A stretch of DNA of 64,000 nt from Chloroflexota bacterium (GCA_965221905.1 OZ244922.1:384001-448000), one strand, 5' to 3'. Counted from the stretch's first letter, positions 10,115-20,015 are shown. Numbers and translations: made by a program. Notes: a model not told the origin generated them from the sequence alone.

Positions 10115-12196
10115 TCACCGCACATAGGCTGCGGAGATGCCCCCATCCACGGTGAGCACTGCGCCGGTGGTCTTGGCGGCGCGGTCGGAGAGCAGGAACG
10201 CGGCAGCTTCGGCCACGTCGGCGGGCATTACGTCGACTTTGAGAGTTGTGCGGTTGCGGTAGAATTCTTCGAGTTTTTCGGGCGCTACACCATGGTCGCG
10301 CGCGCGGGCTTCCCGATACGCCGTCGTCCAGAGCTTCGAGTCGTGAACCACCGCGTCGGGGCAGATGGTGTTCACGCGAATACCGGCAGCGCCCCCCTCC
10401 TCAGCGAGACAGCGGGCCAGGTGCAGTTCCGCCGCTTTGGCCGCGCTGTAGGCGCTGTTGTTCTTGCTCGCTACCACCGCGTTCTTGGAGGCGATGAAGA
10501 GCAATGACCCACCAAGCTCTTGCTGCTTCATCACGCGAAACGCCTCCTGCGCCACGAGAAAATAGCCCCGGGTGAGTACCGCGTGGATGCGGTCCCATTC
10601 CGCGACCGTTGTCTCTTCCACAGGGTACGCGGCAGCCACACCCGCGTTGCAGACCACTGCGTCCACGCCGCCGTAAGCCAGAACCGCGGCCTCAAAGGCT
10701 GCCTGCACACTGGCTTCATCCCGCACGTCGGCGGGCGCAGCGAGCGCGCGGTCGTTACCGTGGGCTTTGTTGAGCGCGGCGGCAGTTTGCTCAGCCCCCG
10801 CCGCATCGATATCAAGGAGTACCACGTGTGCGCCCGCCGCGGCGAGCCGTTCTGCAATGGCTTTGCCGATGCCGCTGGCAGCGCCGGTCACGAGCGCCAC
10901 GCGGCGAGAAAACTCCGCTTCCGGCGGCGCGAGCGTCAGCTTCAGGAGCTCCAAGGGCCAGTACTCAATGCTAAATGCTTCGGGGTCCGACATAGAGGTG
11001 TAGCGGTCCAGGGCTTCAGCGTTGGCGATATCGACAATGGCGCGGTGGTAGAGACCCCCGGCAACGCCTGCGCCTTTCAAGTCTTTCCCGGTAGTAATCA
11101 TGCCCAACCCGGGAATGAGAGTGATCCGTGGATAGGGATCGAGCATCTCCTCCCCGTTCCGCGCGTTAGCGGCGAAGTACTGCGTGTAGTTTTGGGCGTA
11201 GGTATCAACGCCGCTGCGTATGCGCGCGCTGAGGTCCGACACATTTTCCCCAACCGGGTCCCACTCCACGAAGAGCGGTCGGTGCTTCGTGTGAACGAGG
11301 TGATCGGGACAAGCCGCGCCCCGCTGGGAGAGCGCCGCAGCGTGCTCACTATTCACAAAGCTGAGCGCTTCAGCCGAGTCGTCGTAGCGCAACACCATGC
11401 GCTGTTGTTGGCTCACCGCGCCGCGAACCACCGGCAAGACGTCCCGGGCAATCTGCCGCCGCTCACCGTCGGCCAACGGCTTGATCCGGGTCACCCCAAA
11501 CACACGCTTGCCAAGGGCTGCCTCGTCGATTGCGCTCTGGGCGCGCTCTACCACCGCCAACGTACTAACGTAGCACTCGTGCGAAGTCTCCCCCCACGTA
11601 ACGAGGCCATGCTTCTGCATCAGCACGCAGCGGGCTTCCGGCTGCTGTGCAACCAGCTCCATCATCTCCTTGGCGCTGCGAAAACTGGGCCGGAAGAACG
11701 GCATCCAGATCGCTTCCTGCCCAAAGATACGCTCCACCAGCTCTACGGCGTTCTCCGTGCAACAGAGCGAGACAATGGCGTCGGGGTGCGTGTGGTCGAT
11801 GTGCGCGAACGGCAGAAAGGCGTGCATAGTGGTCTCGACGGAGGGCCGGGGCGGGTCGAGGTCCACGTAGCAGTGCGCCAAGAACGTAGACATCGCTTCG
11901 TCGTTCATGTCGTCAGAGCGCAGCATGTCCTCAAGGGCGTCTTGGTAAAGGCCGGTAAAGCCTTGAGGCACGATAGTGGCTAGATCGTAGCCGCTCCCTT
12001 TCACGCGCAGCACCCGCACTTCCCGGCCGCGAAAGTCGGTCTCCGTAAGCTTCATGGAGGTGTTGCCCCCACCCCAATTGACAATGGAAGGGTCTTTCCC
12101 CAACAACCGCGAGCGGTATACCACTTCCCCTACGCCGATCTGACGCTCGGCTTTGGTATCGTCCCAATAATTCGCAATCTGCGTGTTCATTGTCAT
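10115..12196 (-). CDS. rhaD: Bifunctional rhamnulose-1-phosphate aldolase / short-chain dehydrogenase (RhaD-ADH/YuxG type)
   Basis: GGGNTS, KGSG, PSVET, HTHPDA class II aldolase; CPDH; EYWPLE linker; TGAASGIG and YSAAK SDR motifs. Confidence 0.85.
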   Translation of the reverse strand: MTMNTQIANYWDDTKAERQIGVGEVVYRSRLLGKDPSIVNWGGGNTSMKLTETDFRGREVRVLRVKGSGYDLATIVPQGFTGLYQDALEDMLRSDDMNDEAMSTFLAHCYVDLDPPRPSVETTMHAFLPFAHIDHTHPDAIVSLCCTENAVELVERIFGQEAIWMPFFRPSFRSAKEMMELVAQQPEARCVLMQKHGLVTWGETSHECYVSTLAVVERAQSAIDEAALGKRVFGVTRIKPLADGERRQIARDVLPVVRGAVSQQQRMVLRYDDSAEALSFVNSEHAAALSQRGAACPDHLVHTKHRPLFVEWDPVGENVSDLSARIRSGVDTYAQNYTQYFAANARNGEEMLDPYPRITLIPGLGMITTGKDLKGAGVAGGLYHRAIVDIANAEALDRYTSMSDPEAFSIEYWPLELLKLTLAPPEAEFSRRVALVTGAASGIGKAIAERLAAAGAHVVLLDIDAAGAEQTAAALNKAHGNDRALAAPADVRDEASVQAAFEAAVLAYGGVDAVVCNAGVAAAYPVEETTVAEWDRIHAVLTRGYFLVAQEAFRVMKQQELGGSLLFIASKNAVVASKNNSAYSAAKAAELHLARCLAEEGGAAGIRVNTICPDAVVHDSKLWTTAYREARARDHGVAPEKLEEFYRNRTTLKVDVMPADVAEAAAFLLSDRAAKTTGAVLTVDGGISAAYVR

Positions 12197-12493
12197 GATT
12201 TTGCTATCTCAAGTCTTCAAGTGGAGTACTAAAGGGGTACTGGACTAACCATTCGCAATCAGATTATAGCAGGGCGGGTTGGCACCAATTGGAGTGGGTC
12301 TGACTCCAAGAATCGCTTTTTCCCGGCACAATGCTCTTAAGCAATGGTCAAGAGAAGGCGTCAGGGCGGATCAAGATGGGAGTCTACTCCGGCATGTTGC
12401 GGCACCTTAGAGCCTTGCTCACTCTGGGCCGGTGTGGCTTCGTAGTGAATACGGTAAGCTAGGGAAAACGCACGCATGGCAGGAGGATAGAGA

Positions 12494-13405
12494 GTGCAAA
12501 CACGTAAACTTGGCAAGGATGGCCCGGCAGTCTCAGTGCTTGGATTTGGGGCGTGGCCGATTGCCGGCAAGTTAGGCCCAGTGGAAGAGCGCGACGCGAT
12601 AGCGGCCATTCAGCGGGCGGTAGACGGCGGCGTAACCCTTATCGACACGGCGGAAGGATACGGCGGCGGTCTCTCTGAAGAGCTGGTCGCAAAAGCCATC
12701 AGCAAGCAGCGGGACCAGGTCTTTATCGCCACGAAAGTGAGCCCGCATAATTACCGCCGCGACGATCTGCTCGCCGCCGCCGAGCGCAGCTTGCGCCATC
12801 TCCACACCGACTATATCGATCTCTACCAGATCCACTGGCCCACTGAAGAAATGCAGTTCGCCGAAAGCATGCAGGCTATCGATGACCTGATACAACAGGG
12901 CAAGGTGCGGTACGCAGGCGTTTCAAACTTCTCCGCAGAGCAGATGCAGGAATGCTTGCAGGTGCGGCACGTGGATTCGGACCAACCGCGGTACAACCTG
13001 CTCGATCGTGAAATCGAGGCGGATGTCCTGCCGTTCTGTCAGGAACAGGGCATCGGCGTGCTGGCGTATGCGCCTTTAGGACAGGGGCTGCTCACCGGCA
13101 GCTATGCAGAAGACCACGTTTTCAACGAGAACGACATTCGCAGCCAGAATGAGAGATTCACCGGCGAACAGTTCAGGCGGACGATCCGCATGACCAAGAA
13201 GCTCGCTGCCTACGCCGGCGACCACGGCCATACGCTCATCGAGCTCGACGTGGCCTGGGTGCTGGCACACCCGGCATTAACCACCGCGTTGATAGGCGCC
13301 AAGAGTTCTGAACAGGTGGAAGGCTGGCTCGGCGCGGGCGACTGGATGCTTACGTCGCAGCAGATGCAGGAGATCAATCAGATCGCAGCAGAGGCCGGGA
13401 CGTAA
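12494..13405 (+). CDS. Aldo/keto reductase
   Basis: LGFGAW, IDTAEGYG, IATK, DYIDLYQIHWP, GKVRYAGVSNF; AGGAGG RBS before GTG. Confidence 0.93.
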   Translation: MQTRKLGKDGPAVSVLGFGAWPIAGKLGPVEERDAIAAIQRAVDGGVTLIDTAEGYGGGLSEELVAKAISKQRDQVFIATKVSPHNYRRDDLLAAAERSLRHLHTDYIDLYQIHWPTEEMQFAESMQAIDDLIQQGKVRYAGVSNFSAEQMQECLQVRHVDSDQPRYNLLDREIEADVLPFCQEQGIGVLAYAPLGQGLLTGSYAEDHVFNENDIRSQNERFTGEQFRRTIRMTKKLAAYAGDHGHTLIELDVAWVLAHPALTTALIGAKSSEQVEGWLGAGDWMLTSQQMQEINQIAAEAGT

Positions 13406-13595
13406 TTGGGCTTGTGAGGGGTGATGTCCCGCTAGCGTGAATGTGAGGAGAATGCTTGCTGGCGGATGAGCTTTAGGGGAGTGCGCGGAAGCAAGCATGT
13501 GTGGGGATTCAATGTTGGTGGATGCGCCCTCACCCACGTATCGAGTACGGTGCATGCTTAGGCCCGTTCTCGGCCGTGACCTTTGCGAAACCCAA

Positions 13596-13761
13596 TTCCC
13601 CTTGACGGGGGAAGGTCGGGATGGGGTGAAAAGGGCTTCACGGCAAGTTTCCGCACACTTCCCGCCCCGCCCCCCCTGGTTTCCGGCTTTCGCCGGAAAG
13701 ACGGAGTTGTGCATCGGACTGGAAGTCCGCGCATGCCCCATACCCCGATACGGGGGTCTCC
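13596..13761. repeat. Composite palindromic cassette, copy 1
   Basis: Same ordered blocks as 16135-16349: TTCCCCTTGA...GGGAAGGTCGGGA, TTCCGGCTTTCGCCGGAA, GTGCATCGGACTG.AAGTCCGC, GGGGGTCTCC. Confidence 0.8.
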
Positions 13762-13831
13762 GGCGGGAGAGGGAACTTCGAGCCCCAATTGCGATTTGGC
13801 AGAAGGTCGCGCCTGCTCTACGTGCTGCCCG

Positions 13832-14896
13832 CTAGGAAAGTTCCCAGGCGTTCGGGTCCAGGCCCATCTCCCGGGCTGAATCGCAGAGTTTTCCCCAGGT
13901 GGTCTCGTCTATGGGGATACCCGTCTTTTCGCGTTCGCGCTGGGCGCGGTATTCCGGCTCGCTGGGAACCAAGACTTCTATGACGCCGGGAGCCGGGCGG
14001 CTTGTCTTCACGTGGCTGATGAGGGTTTCCAACTCGTCGTAGAAGAAATCCGGCTCGACGAATTGCGCAATGTCGTAGGCGGTGATGTGGACGCCGTTAC
14101 TATCCACACGCATGTCGCCGGAGGACATGCCCTGACCACTCAGGCCGCCGCCGCAGATCTCATTCATCATGCTGAGGGCAGTGCCTTTGTGTCCCAATGG
14201 GCCGCCCAGAGGAAGCACGGCGCCGCGCGGTTCTTTCCAGTAGTCGCTTGGATTCGTGCTGGGATTGCCTTTCGCATCGACGATCCAACCTTCCGGCAGT
14301 GGCTTACCCTGGTTGGCGGCCACTTTGATCTTGCCGTCAGCGACGGTGGACGTGGTCATATCCACGAAAAATGGCGGGTTGGCACGGCGGGGCGCCGCGA
14401 AAGCCAGCGGATTCGTGCCCAGGCGGCCGTCTATGCCGCCAAAAGGCGCTACCTGAAAGCCCAGCCGGCCTGCATTGACGAAAATCAGCCCCATCAAGCC
14501 GGCCTGCGCCACCATATGGGGATACTCGCCCACTCTACCGATGTGGCTAGTATTACGCAGCGAGACACTGGCTATGCCGTATTGTTGTGCCTTCTCTATC
14601 AAGAGCTTCGTGGCAAAGACCGCGCCCACCTGACCGAACCCGTTATTCGCGTCCACTACCGCAGTACAGGGATGTTCGCGCACGACTTCCGGTACTGCTT
14701 GCGGATCGACAACCTGTTCTTCTCTTACAGCACGCCAATACTGTTCCATACGCACTACACCGTGGGAGTCATGGCCGTAGAGGTTGGACTGTACCAAGTG
14801 ATCGGTGACAATCCGGGCGTCATCGGGACGACAGCCCAGGGCAGTGAAGAAATCGTAGCCAATGCGGCGCAAGGCATCAGCGGTAACGGTAGGCAC
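13832..14896 (-). CDS. Ldh_2 (malate/L-lactate/2-oxoacid dehydrogenase) family oxidoreductase, tandem copy 3
   Basis: GHDSHG, SHIGR, VAPFGG...LGTNPLAFAAP, DMTTS, GWIVD, LPLGG..GHKG. Confidence 0.93.
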   Translation of the reverse strand: MPTVTADALRRIGYDFFTALGCRPDDARIVTDHLVQSNLYGHDSHGVVRMEQYWRAVREEQVVDPQAVPEVVREHPCTAVVDANNGFGQVGAVFATKLLIEKAQQYGIASVSLRNTSHIGRVGEYPHMVAQAGLMGLIFVNAGRLGFQVAPFGGIDGRLGTNPLAFAAPRRANPPFFVDMTTSTVADGKIKVAANQGKPLPEGWIVDAKGNPSTNPSDYWKEPRGAVLPLGGPLGHKGTALSMMNEICGGGLSGQGMSSGDMRVDSNGVHITAYDIAQFVEPDFFYDELETLISHVKTSRPAPGVIEVLVPSEPEYRAQREREKTGIPIDETTWGKLCDSAREMGLDPNAWELS

Positions 14897-14997
14897 AGGC
14901 CGCTCCTTTCAGCATTCCACAAGTCGTATTTGAGCAGAGACTTCGGTATGGTTACGTGCAAGCGAGGCGGTATTCCGTTCAGGTCTTCGGCGTCACG

Positions 14998-16062
14998 CTA
15001 GGAGAGTTCCCAGGTGTTTGGGTCCAGCCCCATGTCCCGGGCTGAATCGCAAAGCAATCCCCAGGTGGTATCGTCAATGGGAATGCCGTTGCGTTGGCGT
15101 TCGCGCTCGGTGCGGAACTCCGGCTCACCGGGAATGAGTATCTCCGCGACACCCGGCGCCGTGCGGCTCGACTTCATGTGGCCGACCAGGGCTTCCACCT
15201 CATCGTAAAAGAACTCCGGATCGGTGAACTGTTCGATGTCGTAGGCCGTAATGTGGACGCCGTTGCTGCTAAAGCGCATGTCGCCTTGGGACATGCCCTG
15301 ACTGCTCAGTCCTCCCCCGCAAATCTCCATCATCATGCTTAGCGCAAAGCCTTTGTGCCCCAGGGGGCCGCCAAGCGGGAGCACGGCCCCACGCGGTTCG
15401 CCAAAGTAGTCAAGCGGGTTCGTGCTGGGGTTGCCATCCACATCGACGATCCAGCCTTCCGGCAATAGCTTTCCCTGGTTGGCGGCGAGGTAAATCTTGC
15501 CGTCGGCGACAGTAGAGGAGGTCATGTCCACCAGAAATGGCGGGTCGGCGCGGCGGGGTGCGGCAAAGGCCAGCGGATTCGTGCCCAGGCGACCGTCGAT
15601 GCCGCCAAAGGGTGCTACCTGAAAGCCCATCCGGCCGGCATTGACGAAAATCAGGCCGATCAAGCCGGCCTCCGCCACCATGAGTGGGTACGCACCTACC
15701 CTTCCAATATGACTCGTATTGCGCAGCGAGACACTGGCTATGCCGTGTTTTTGCGTCTTCTCAATTAAGAGCTCGGTTGCGAAGGTCGCGCCCACCTGAC
15801 CGAACCCATTGTTCGAGTCCACCACCGCTGTGCAGGGATGTTCACGCACGATTTTCGGTACCGCTCGCGGGTCAACACGATGTTCTTCCCGTACCGCGCG
15901 CCCATACCTTTCCATGTGCACCACGCCGTGGGAATCATGCCCGTAGAGGTTGGATTGCACCAAGTGATCGGCGACAATTCGGGCGTCAGCGGGACGGCAG
16001 CCCACGGCGGTGAAGAATTCGTAACCAATGCGGCGCAAAGCGTCGGCGGTAACGGTAGGCAC
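14998..16062 (-). CDS. Ldh_2 family oxidoreductase, tandem copy 2
   Basis: Same motifs; near-identical N-terminus MPTVTADALR and AAAGGAG RBS. Confidence 0.93.
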   Translation of the reverse strand: MPTVTADALRRIGYEFFTAVGCRPADARIVADHLVQSNLYGHDSHGVVHMERYGRAVREEHRVDPRAVPKIVREHPCTAVVDSNNGFGQVGATFATELLIEKTQKHGIASVSLRNTSHIGRVGAYPLMVAEAGLIGLIFVNAGRMGFQVAPFGGIDGRLGTNPLAFAAPRRADPPFLVDMTSSTVADGKIYLAANQGKLLPEGWIVDVDGNPSTNPLDYFGEPRGAVLPLGGPLGHKGFALSMMMEICGGGLSSQGMSQGDMRFSSNGVHITAYDIEQFTDPEFFYDEVEALVGHMKSSRTAPGVAEILIPGEPEFRTERERQRNGIPIDDTTWGLLCDSARDMGLDPNTWELS

Positions 16063-16134
16063 AAACGGCTCCTTTCGGCATCAGGTGAGTCTTGAATGTT
16101 TCGCTCTTGCTTGTGGAAAACTTGGCAACACCCC

Positions 16135-16349
16135 TTCCCCCTTGATTGGGAAGGTCGGGAAGGGGATGAAGAGCGGCTTCACGGCTAGAATTCCCAAACC
16201 ACCCACACCCCTCTGGATTCCGGCTTTCGCCGGAATGACGGAGTGGCTCAAAGGTCTCTCTAAGGAGAGGGTGTGTTTTCGCCCGTCGGACCCGGTAGTG
16301 CATCGGACTGAAAGTCCGCACCTGCCCCGCACGTGATGCGGGGGTCTCC
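16135..16349. repeat. Composite palindromic cassette, copy 2
   Basis: Colinear with 13596-13761 plus an internal insertion of roughly 50 bp. Confidence 0.8.
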
Positions 16350-16473
16350 ACGTGGGAGTTCCACCGGGCAGCGCTAACTGATTCATGTATCCTGCCATAG
16401 AAATAGGCGCCATCGCACCTGGAACCCTACATCCGCCCGCCTCGTTTGCCGCGTTCAGGGCTGCGTGATCACG

Positions 16474-17535
16474 CTAGGAGAGTTTCCAGGCGGTTGGATC
16501 GAGGCCGATTTGACGCGCTGACGCGCAGAGCTTCTCCCAGGTGGTGTCGTCAATGGGGATGCCCGTCCGTTCGCGTTCGCGCTCACTGCGGAATTCCGGC
16601 TCGCCGGGAACGAGTATTTCCGCGACGCCGGGCGCGGTGCGGCTCGACTTGACGTGGCTGACCAGGGCTTCCACCTCGTCATAGAAGAAGTCCATGTCCG
16701 AGAAGCACTCAATGTCGTAGACGGTAAACAGCACACCGTTGGCGGGTGAGCGCCTGTCGCCGGACGACATGCCCTGACCGCTCAGGCCCCCGGCGCAGAG
16801 CTCCATCATCATGCTCAGCGCGTAGCCTTTATGGCCGAGCGGGCCGCCCAGCGGCAAGATGGCGCCGCGCGGCTCATCCCAGTAGTCCTGTGTATCCGTG
16901 CTGGGCCTGCCTTCCGCATCGACAATCCAACCTTCCGGCAGCGGCTTGCCGAGATTGGTGGCAATGCGGATTTTGCCATCGGCGACGGTGCAGGTGGTCA
17001 TGTCCACCATGATGGGAGAGTCGGCACGGCGCGGCGCGGCGAAAGCCAGCGGATTCGTGCCCAGGCGACCGTCGATGCCGCCGAATGGCGTTACCTGAAT
17101 GCCCAAGCGGCCGGAATTTACGAAGACCAGGCCGATCATGCCGGCTTGGGCAATCATGATGGCGTATGCTCCTGCCCTGCCGATGTGGCTCGCCCTACGC
17201 AGCGACACGCTCCCTAGGCCGTGCTGCCGCGCCTTTTCTATTGCCAAATTCGTGGCCAGGACTGCGCCCACCTGCCCAAACCCACTGTGCGCGTCTACCA
17301 CCGCCGTGCAGGCGCGATCGCTCACAATTTCCGGTGCTCCTTGGGGATTAACGCGCCCTTCGCTCACGGCGCGCGCATATTCATACATGCGCAGGAGGCC
17401 GTGGGAATCATGACCGTAGAGGTTGGATTGCACCAAGTGGTCGGTGACGACTTGGGCGTCATCGGGACGACAGCCCAGAGCAGTGAAGAATTCTTGGCCG
17501 ATGCAGCGTAGGGCGTCAGCGGTGACGGTAGGCAC
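16474..17535 (-). CDS. Ldh_2 family oxidoreductase, tandem copy 1
   Basis: Same motifs as the two downstream paralogs. Confidence 0.93.
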   Translation of the reverse strand: MPTVTADALRCIGQEFFTALGCRPDDAQVVTDHLVQSNLYGHDSHGLLRMYEYARAVSEGRVNPQGAPEIVSDRACTAVVDAHSGFGQVGAVLATNLAIEKARQHGLGSVSLRRASHIGRAGAYAIMIAQAGMIGLVFVNSGRLGIQVTPFGGIDGRLGTNPLAFAAPRRADSPIMVDMTTCTVADGKIRIATNLGKPLPEGWIVDAEGRPSTDTQDYWDEPRGAILPLGGPLGHKGYALSMMMELCAGGLSGQGMSSGDRRSPANGVLFTVYDIECFSDMDFFYDEVEALVSHVKSSRTAPGVAEILVPGEPEFRSERERERTGIPIDDTTWEKLCASARQIGLDPTAWKLS

Positions 17536-17645
17536 AAACGGCTCCTTTTGGCATCAAAAAACTGGCGGCTGAGCGGCTACGACAGTCTAATGGCTGCGAT
17601 CGAGCGCTCGCTCGAAATGTCGTGCGCTGGCGCGAACAGGGGTCG

Positions 17646-17939
17646 CTAGCTACTGGGATAGGCGGCGACCTTCTCGATGAGGGCATCTACCGCGGCTTCT
17701 TCCATAATCAACTGCGGCCCATGGGGGAAGTCTGCGTGCTTTGCTACGCGGCCGCGGCGTTCGAGCGCGCACTCCCAGCCATCGTCGTTATGTTCGGCAC
17801 GCGTTATCTGGAGAACGTACCCATTGGCAAACGGCACCGTATAGCGCTCGTTGATGCGGAGGCACCAATCATTGGGCAGTTCCCTCCGAAAGGCGCGCCA
17901 CGGCAACTCCGGCTGCCAGACTTTTTGTCGCACTGCCAT
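17646..17939 (-). CDS. Hypothetical protein (97 aa)
   Basis: ATG preceded by AAGGGAG; fills the gap upstream of the Ldh trio; no recognisable motif. Confidence 0.55.
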   Translation of the reverse strand: MAVRQKVWQPELPWRAFRRELPNDWCLRINERYTVPFANGYVLQITRAEHNDDGWECALERRGRVAKHADFPHGPQLIMEEAAVDALIEKVAAYPSS

Positions 17940-18025
17940 CAGTTATGCTCCCTTACTTAACGTACTCGCCAGAGCACTCATCAGACATGATACTGTGCGG
18001 AGCTTGCCGCGTACAGTCCTTTAAA

Positions 18026-18055
18026 GGACGCAGGTTGCAAACCTGCGCTACCGGA
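18026..18055 (-). repeat. GTAG-type REP, family D (single copy)
   Basis: Exact reverse complement of TCCGGTAGCGCAGGTTTGCAACCTGCGTCC found in the 27.1-27.5 kb array; degenerate copies at 39913-39940 and 40142-40165. Confidence 0.85.
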
Positions 18056-18144
18056 AAGCGAGTAAGTCCTTTTGCTCCAGCAGGCCGCGCGGGATAGAAT
18101 AAAGCAAAGACGCGTTAAGTACTCATCGCAGAAAATGAGCAAGT

Positions 18145-19422
18145 ATGTTTGACATCGGCCTGCCGGAACTTATGATCATCCTGTTGCTGGGTCTGGTCCT
18201 GCTGGGACCGGACCGCCTGCCTGGGGTGATTCGTCAGGTGACCGGCGTTGTCCGAAAGCTCCGCTCGAGCTATGGCGACGCTTTGGCTACTTTCAAGGAC
18301 CAACTCGGCGACGTTCAGGGAGATATCGACGCCATTCGCGGTGAAATCTCCTCCATCCAGGGTGAATTCCGCTCTACTGCGGAAGACGTACAAAAGGACG
18401 TGGAGAAGGTTGAGGGCGAGGTAAAGTCTGCCGGTGCGGAAATACAGCGCGACCTCGACAAGACGACAAAGGAGGCTGCCGGAACACGCCCAGACCAGAT
18501 CGGGGCGGAGACCAGTGCGCCGCCACCGGCCGTTACTACCGAGACCTCTCCGCGCCCTAATCTGAGCGACCGCGGCGCTGCCTGGACACCGCAAGGAGCG
18601 CAAGCCGGCAGCGGTTCGCCGGTGCAGCAAGACCTCTTTGCCGGATTGATACGCAGCCTCAAGGTGCGGCTGGGCGACGACTGGTTAGTCGAGCAGGCGG
18701 AAATCTATCGGGACCTCGGCACGCGCGCCGCGCAGAGAAACGGCGACGGCGAGCAGGACATTGCGGCCTTGGTGCGCACGTGGGCGGATATGCACCGGAA
18801 CACGCTTCCCGAGGGCAGCCTGCAAATCATCGAGACAGGTAGAGATTACCGTGTGCGCATGCGCCAATGCCCGTTTGGATTTGCCGATACCGACGATAAG
18901 GCGCTCTGCCAGTCGTGCGGCGCATATGACCTGGCATTCTTGCAAGAGCGCGCTGCCGCAGTGAAGTGGGAGTCGCATCTGACCGCAGGCGATCCCTGGT
19001 GTGAGTTGGTATTTGCAAAGCCGCCCCCACCGCCAGCCCCGGAACCCGCAAATGATGAAGTAGAGGCAGAACCCGCTGCTACTGCCAATGGGGACAATGC
19101 CGTCGCTTCTACGGTTTCAGCGCCATCAGCGGCACCGCAGCAAGCAACTAAAAGTAGCTCGGCCGACTCTGCCCCTGCCGACGGATCTGAGTTCACGTCT
19201 CTCGCACAGGCATTTGGCAAGACTGCGGAGGATGTGGGCCAGCCGGAAGCCGCAGCCGCGGATACGCCGGGCGATGGGGCGGAAACAGAAGAGATGCCGG
19301 GAGATCGCACCGACGACGCAACCGCTCAGGCGTCCGTTGCGAAACCGTCGGCTGCTGAAGTTTCGACGGATGGTGACGCGACTAACAAAGTCGGCTCCGG
19401 CAAGAAAGAGACTACCCCATGA
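18145..19422 (+). CDS. tatB: TatB/TatA-family translocase subunit fused to a Cys-containing V4R/ATC-hydrolase-like domain and an acidic disordered tail
   Basis: MFDIGLPELMIILLLGLVLLGPDRLP TatB signature and amphipathic helix; internal QCPFG...LCQSC...HLTAGDPWCELVF. Confidence 0.75.
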   Translation: MFDIGLPELMIILLLGLVLLGPDRLPGVIRQVTGVVRKLRSSYGDALATFKDQLGDVQGDIDAIRGEISSIQGEFRSTAEDVQKDVEKVEGEVKSAGAEIQRDLDKTTKEAAGTRPDQIGAETSAPPPAVTTETSPRPNLSDRGAAWTPQGAQAGSGSPVQQDLFAGLIRSLKVRLGDDWLVEQAEIYRDLGTRAAQRNGDGEQDIAALVRTWADMHRNTLPEGSLQIIETGRDYRVRMRQCPFGFADTDDKALCQSCGAYDLAFLQERAAAVKWESHLTAGDPWCELVFAKPPPPPAPEPANDEVEAEPAATANGDNAVASTVSAPSAAPQQATKSSSADSAPADGSEFTSLAQAFGKTAEDVGQPEAAAADTPGDGAETEEMPGDRTDDATAQASVAKPSAAEVSTDGDATNKVGSGKKETTP

Positions 19423-20015
19423 GGGTGGAGACCTTCGTGCGGGGGCCGCTCCAAAACAACGTCTACCTTCTGTGCGACGAGCACAGTAACGAAGCGGCAA
19501 TCATCGATCCGGGAATTGGCAGCGACGATCTGCTGAAGACCATCGAGGAACAGCAGCTTCGTCTGCGCTACGTGCTCGTTACCCACGCTCACTTCGATCA
19601 CATAGATAACGTCGCTCTCTTCCGCGAGCAGACAGGCGCAAAAGTTGTGTTGCATCGCGCCGATGCAGCGGCGCTTGAAGAGCAGGCGGGAGTGGCTGCC
19701 GACGTGCTCCTGGACGGCGGCGAAGAATTGGCGCTCGGCAGCCTTACCCTCCAGACATTCCACACGCCGGGACACTCCCCCGGCGGCGTTTGCTTCTTGG
19801 TAGAAGACCACCTGTTTGCAGGCGACACGCTCTTTGCCGGATCCATCGGGAGGAGCGATTTCCCTGACAGCGATGGTGCGCTGCTGCTCCGAGCGATAGC
19901 CGAGAATATCCTGCCGCTGCCCGATGCGACCCACGTGCTTCCCGGCCACGGCGAGGCAACTACGGTCGGTACAGAGCGCGCCAACAATCCCTTCCTGCGG
20001 GGGCTAGTGGGGTAG
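19419..20015 (+). CDS. MBL-fold metallo-hydrolase (glyoxalase II/YcbL-like)
   Basis: THAHFDH, HTPGHSPG, GDTLF.GSIGRSD, PGHG; overlaps the tatB stop (ATGA). Confidence 0.92.
   Translation: MRVETFVRGPLQNNVYLLCDEHSNEAAIIDPGIGSDDLLKTIEEQQLRLRYVLVTHAHFDHIDNVALFREQTGAKVVLHRADAAALEEQAGVAADVLLDGGEELALGSLTLQTFHTPGHSPGGVCFLVEDHLFAGDTLFAGSIGRSDFPDSDGALLLRAIAENILPLPDATHVLPGHGEATTVGTERANNPFLRGLVG

Noticed and set aside
10520-11983. Long antisense ORFs (also 14012-15001, 22766-23704, 25712-26941, 28067-29350, 41992-43026)
   Set aside because: Shadow frames opposite well-supported genes, expected in GC-rich DNA; no motifs
13708-13730. RNase P or group II intron fragment (CGGACTG.AAGTCCG hairpin, also 16298-16319)
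   Set aside because: Only a short hairpin matches; other conserved helices are absent and it is part of the duplicated palindromic cassette
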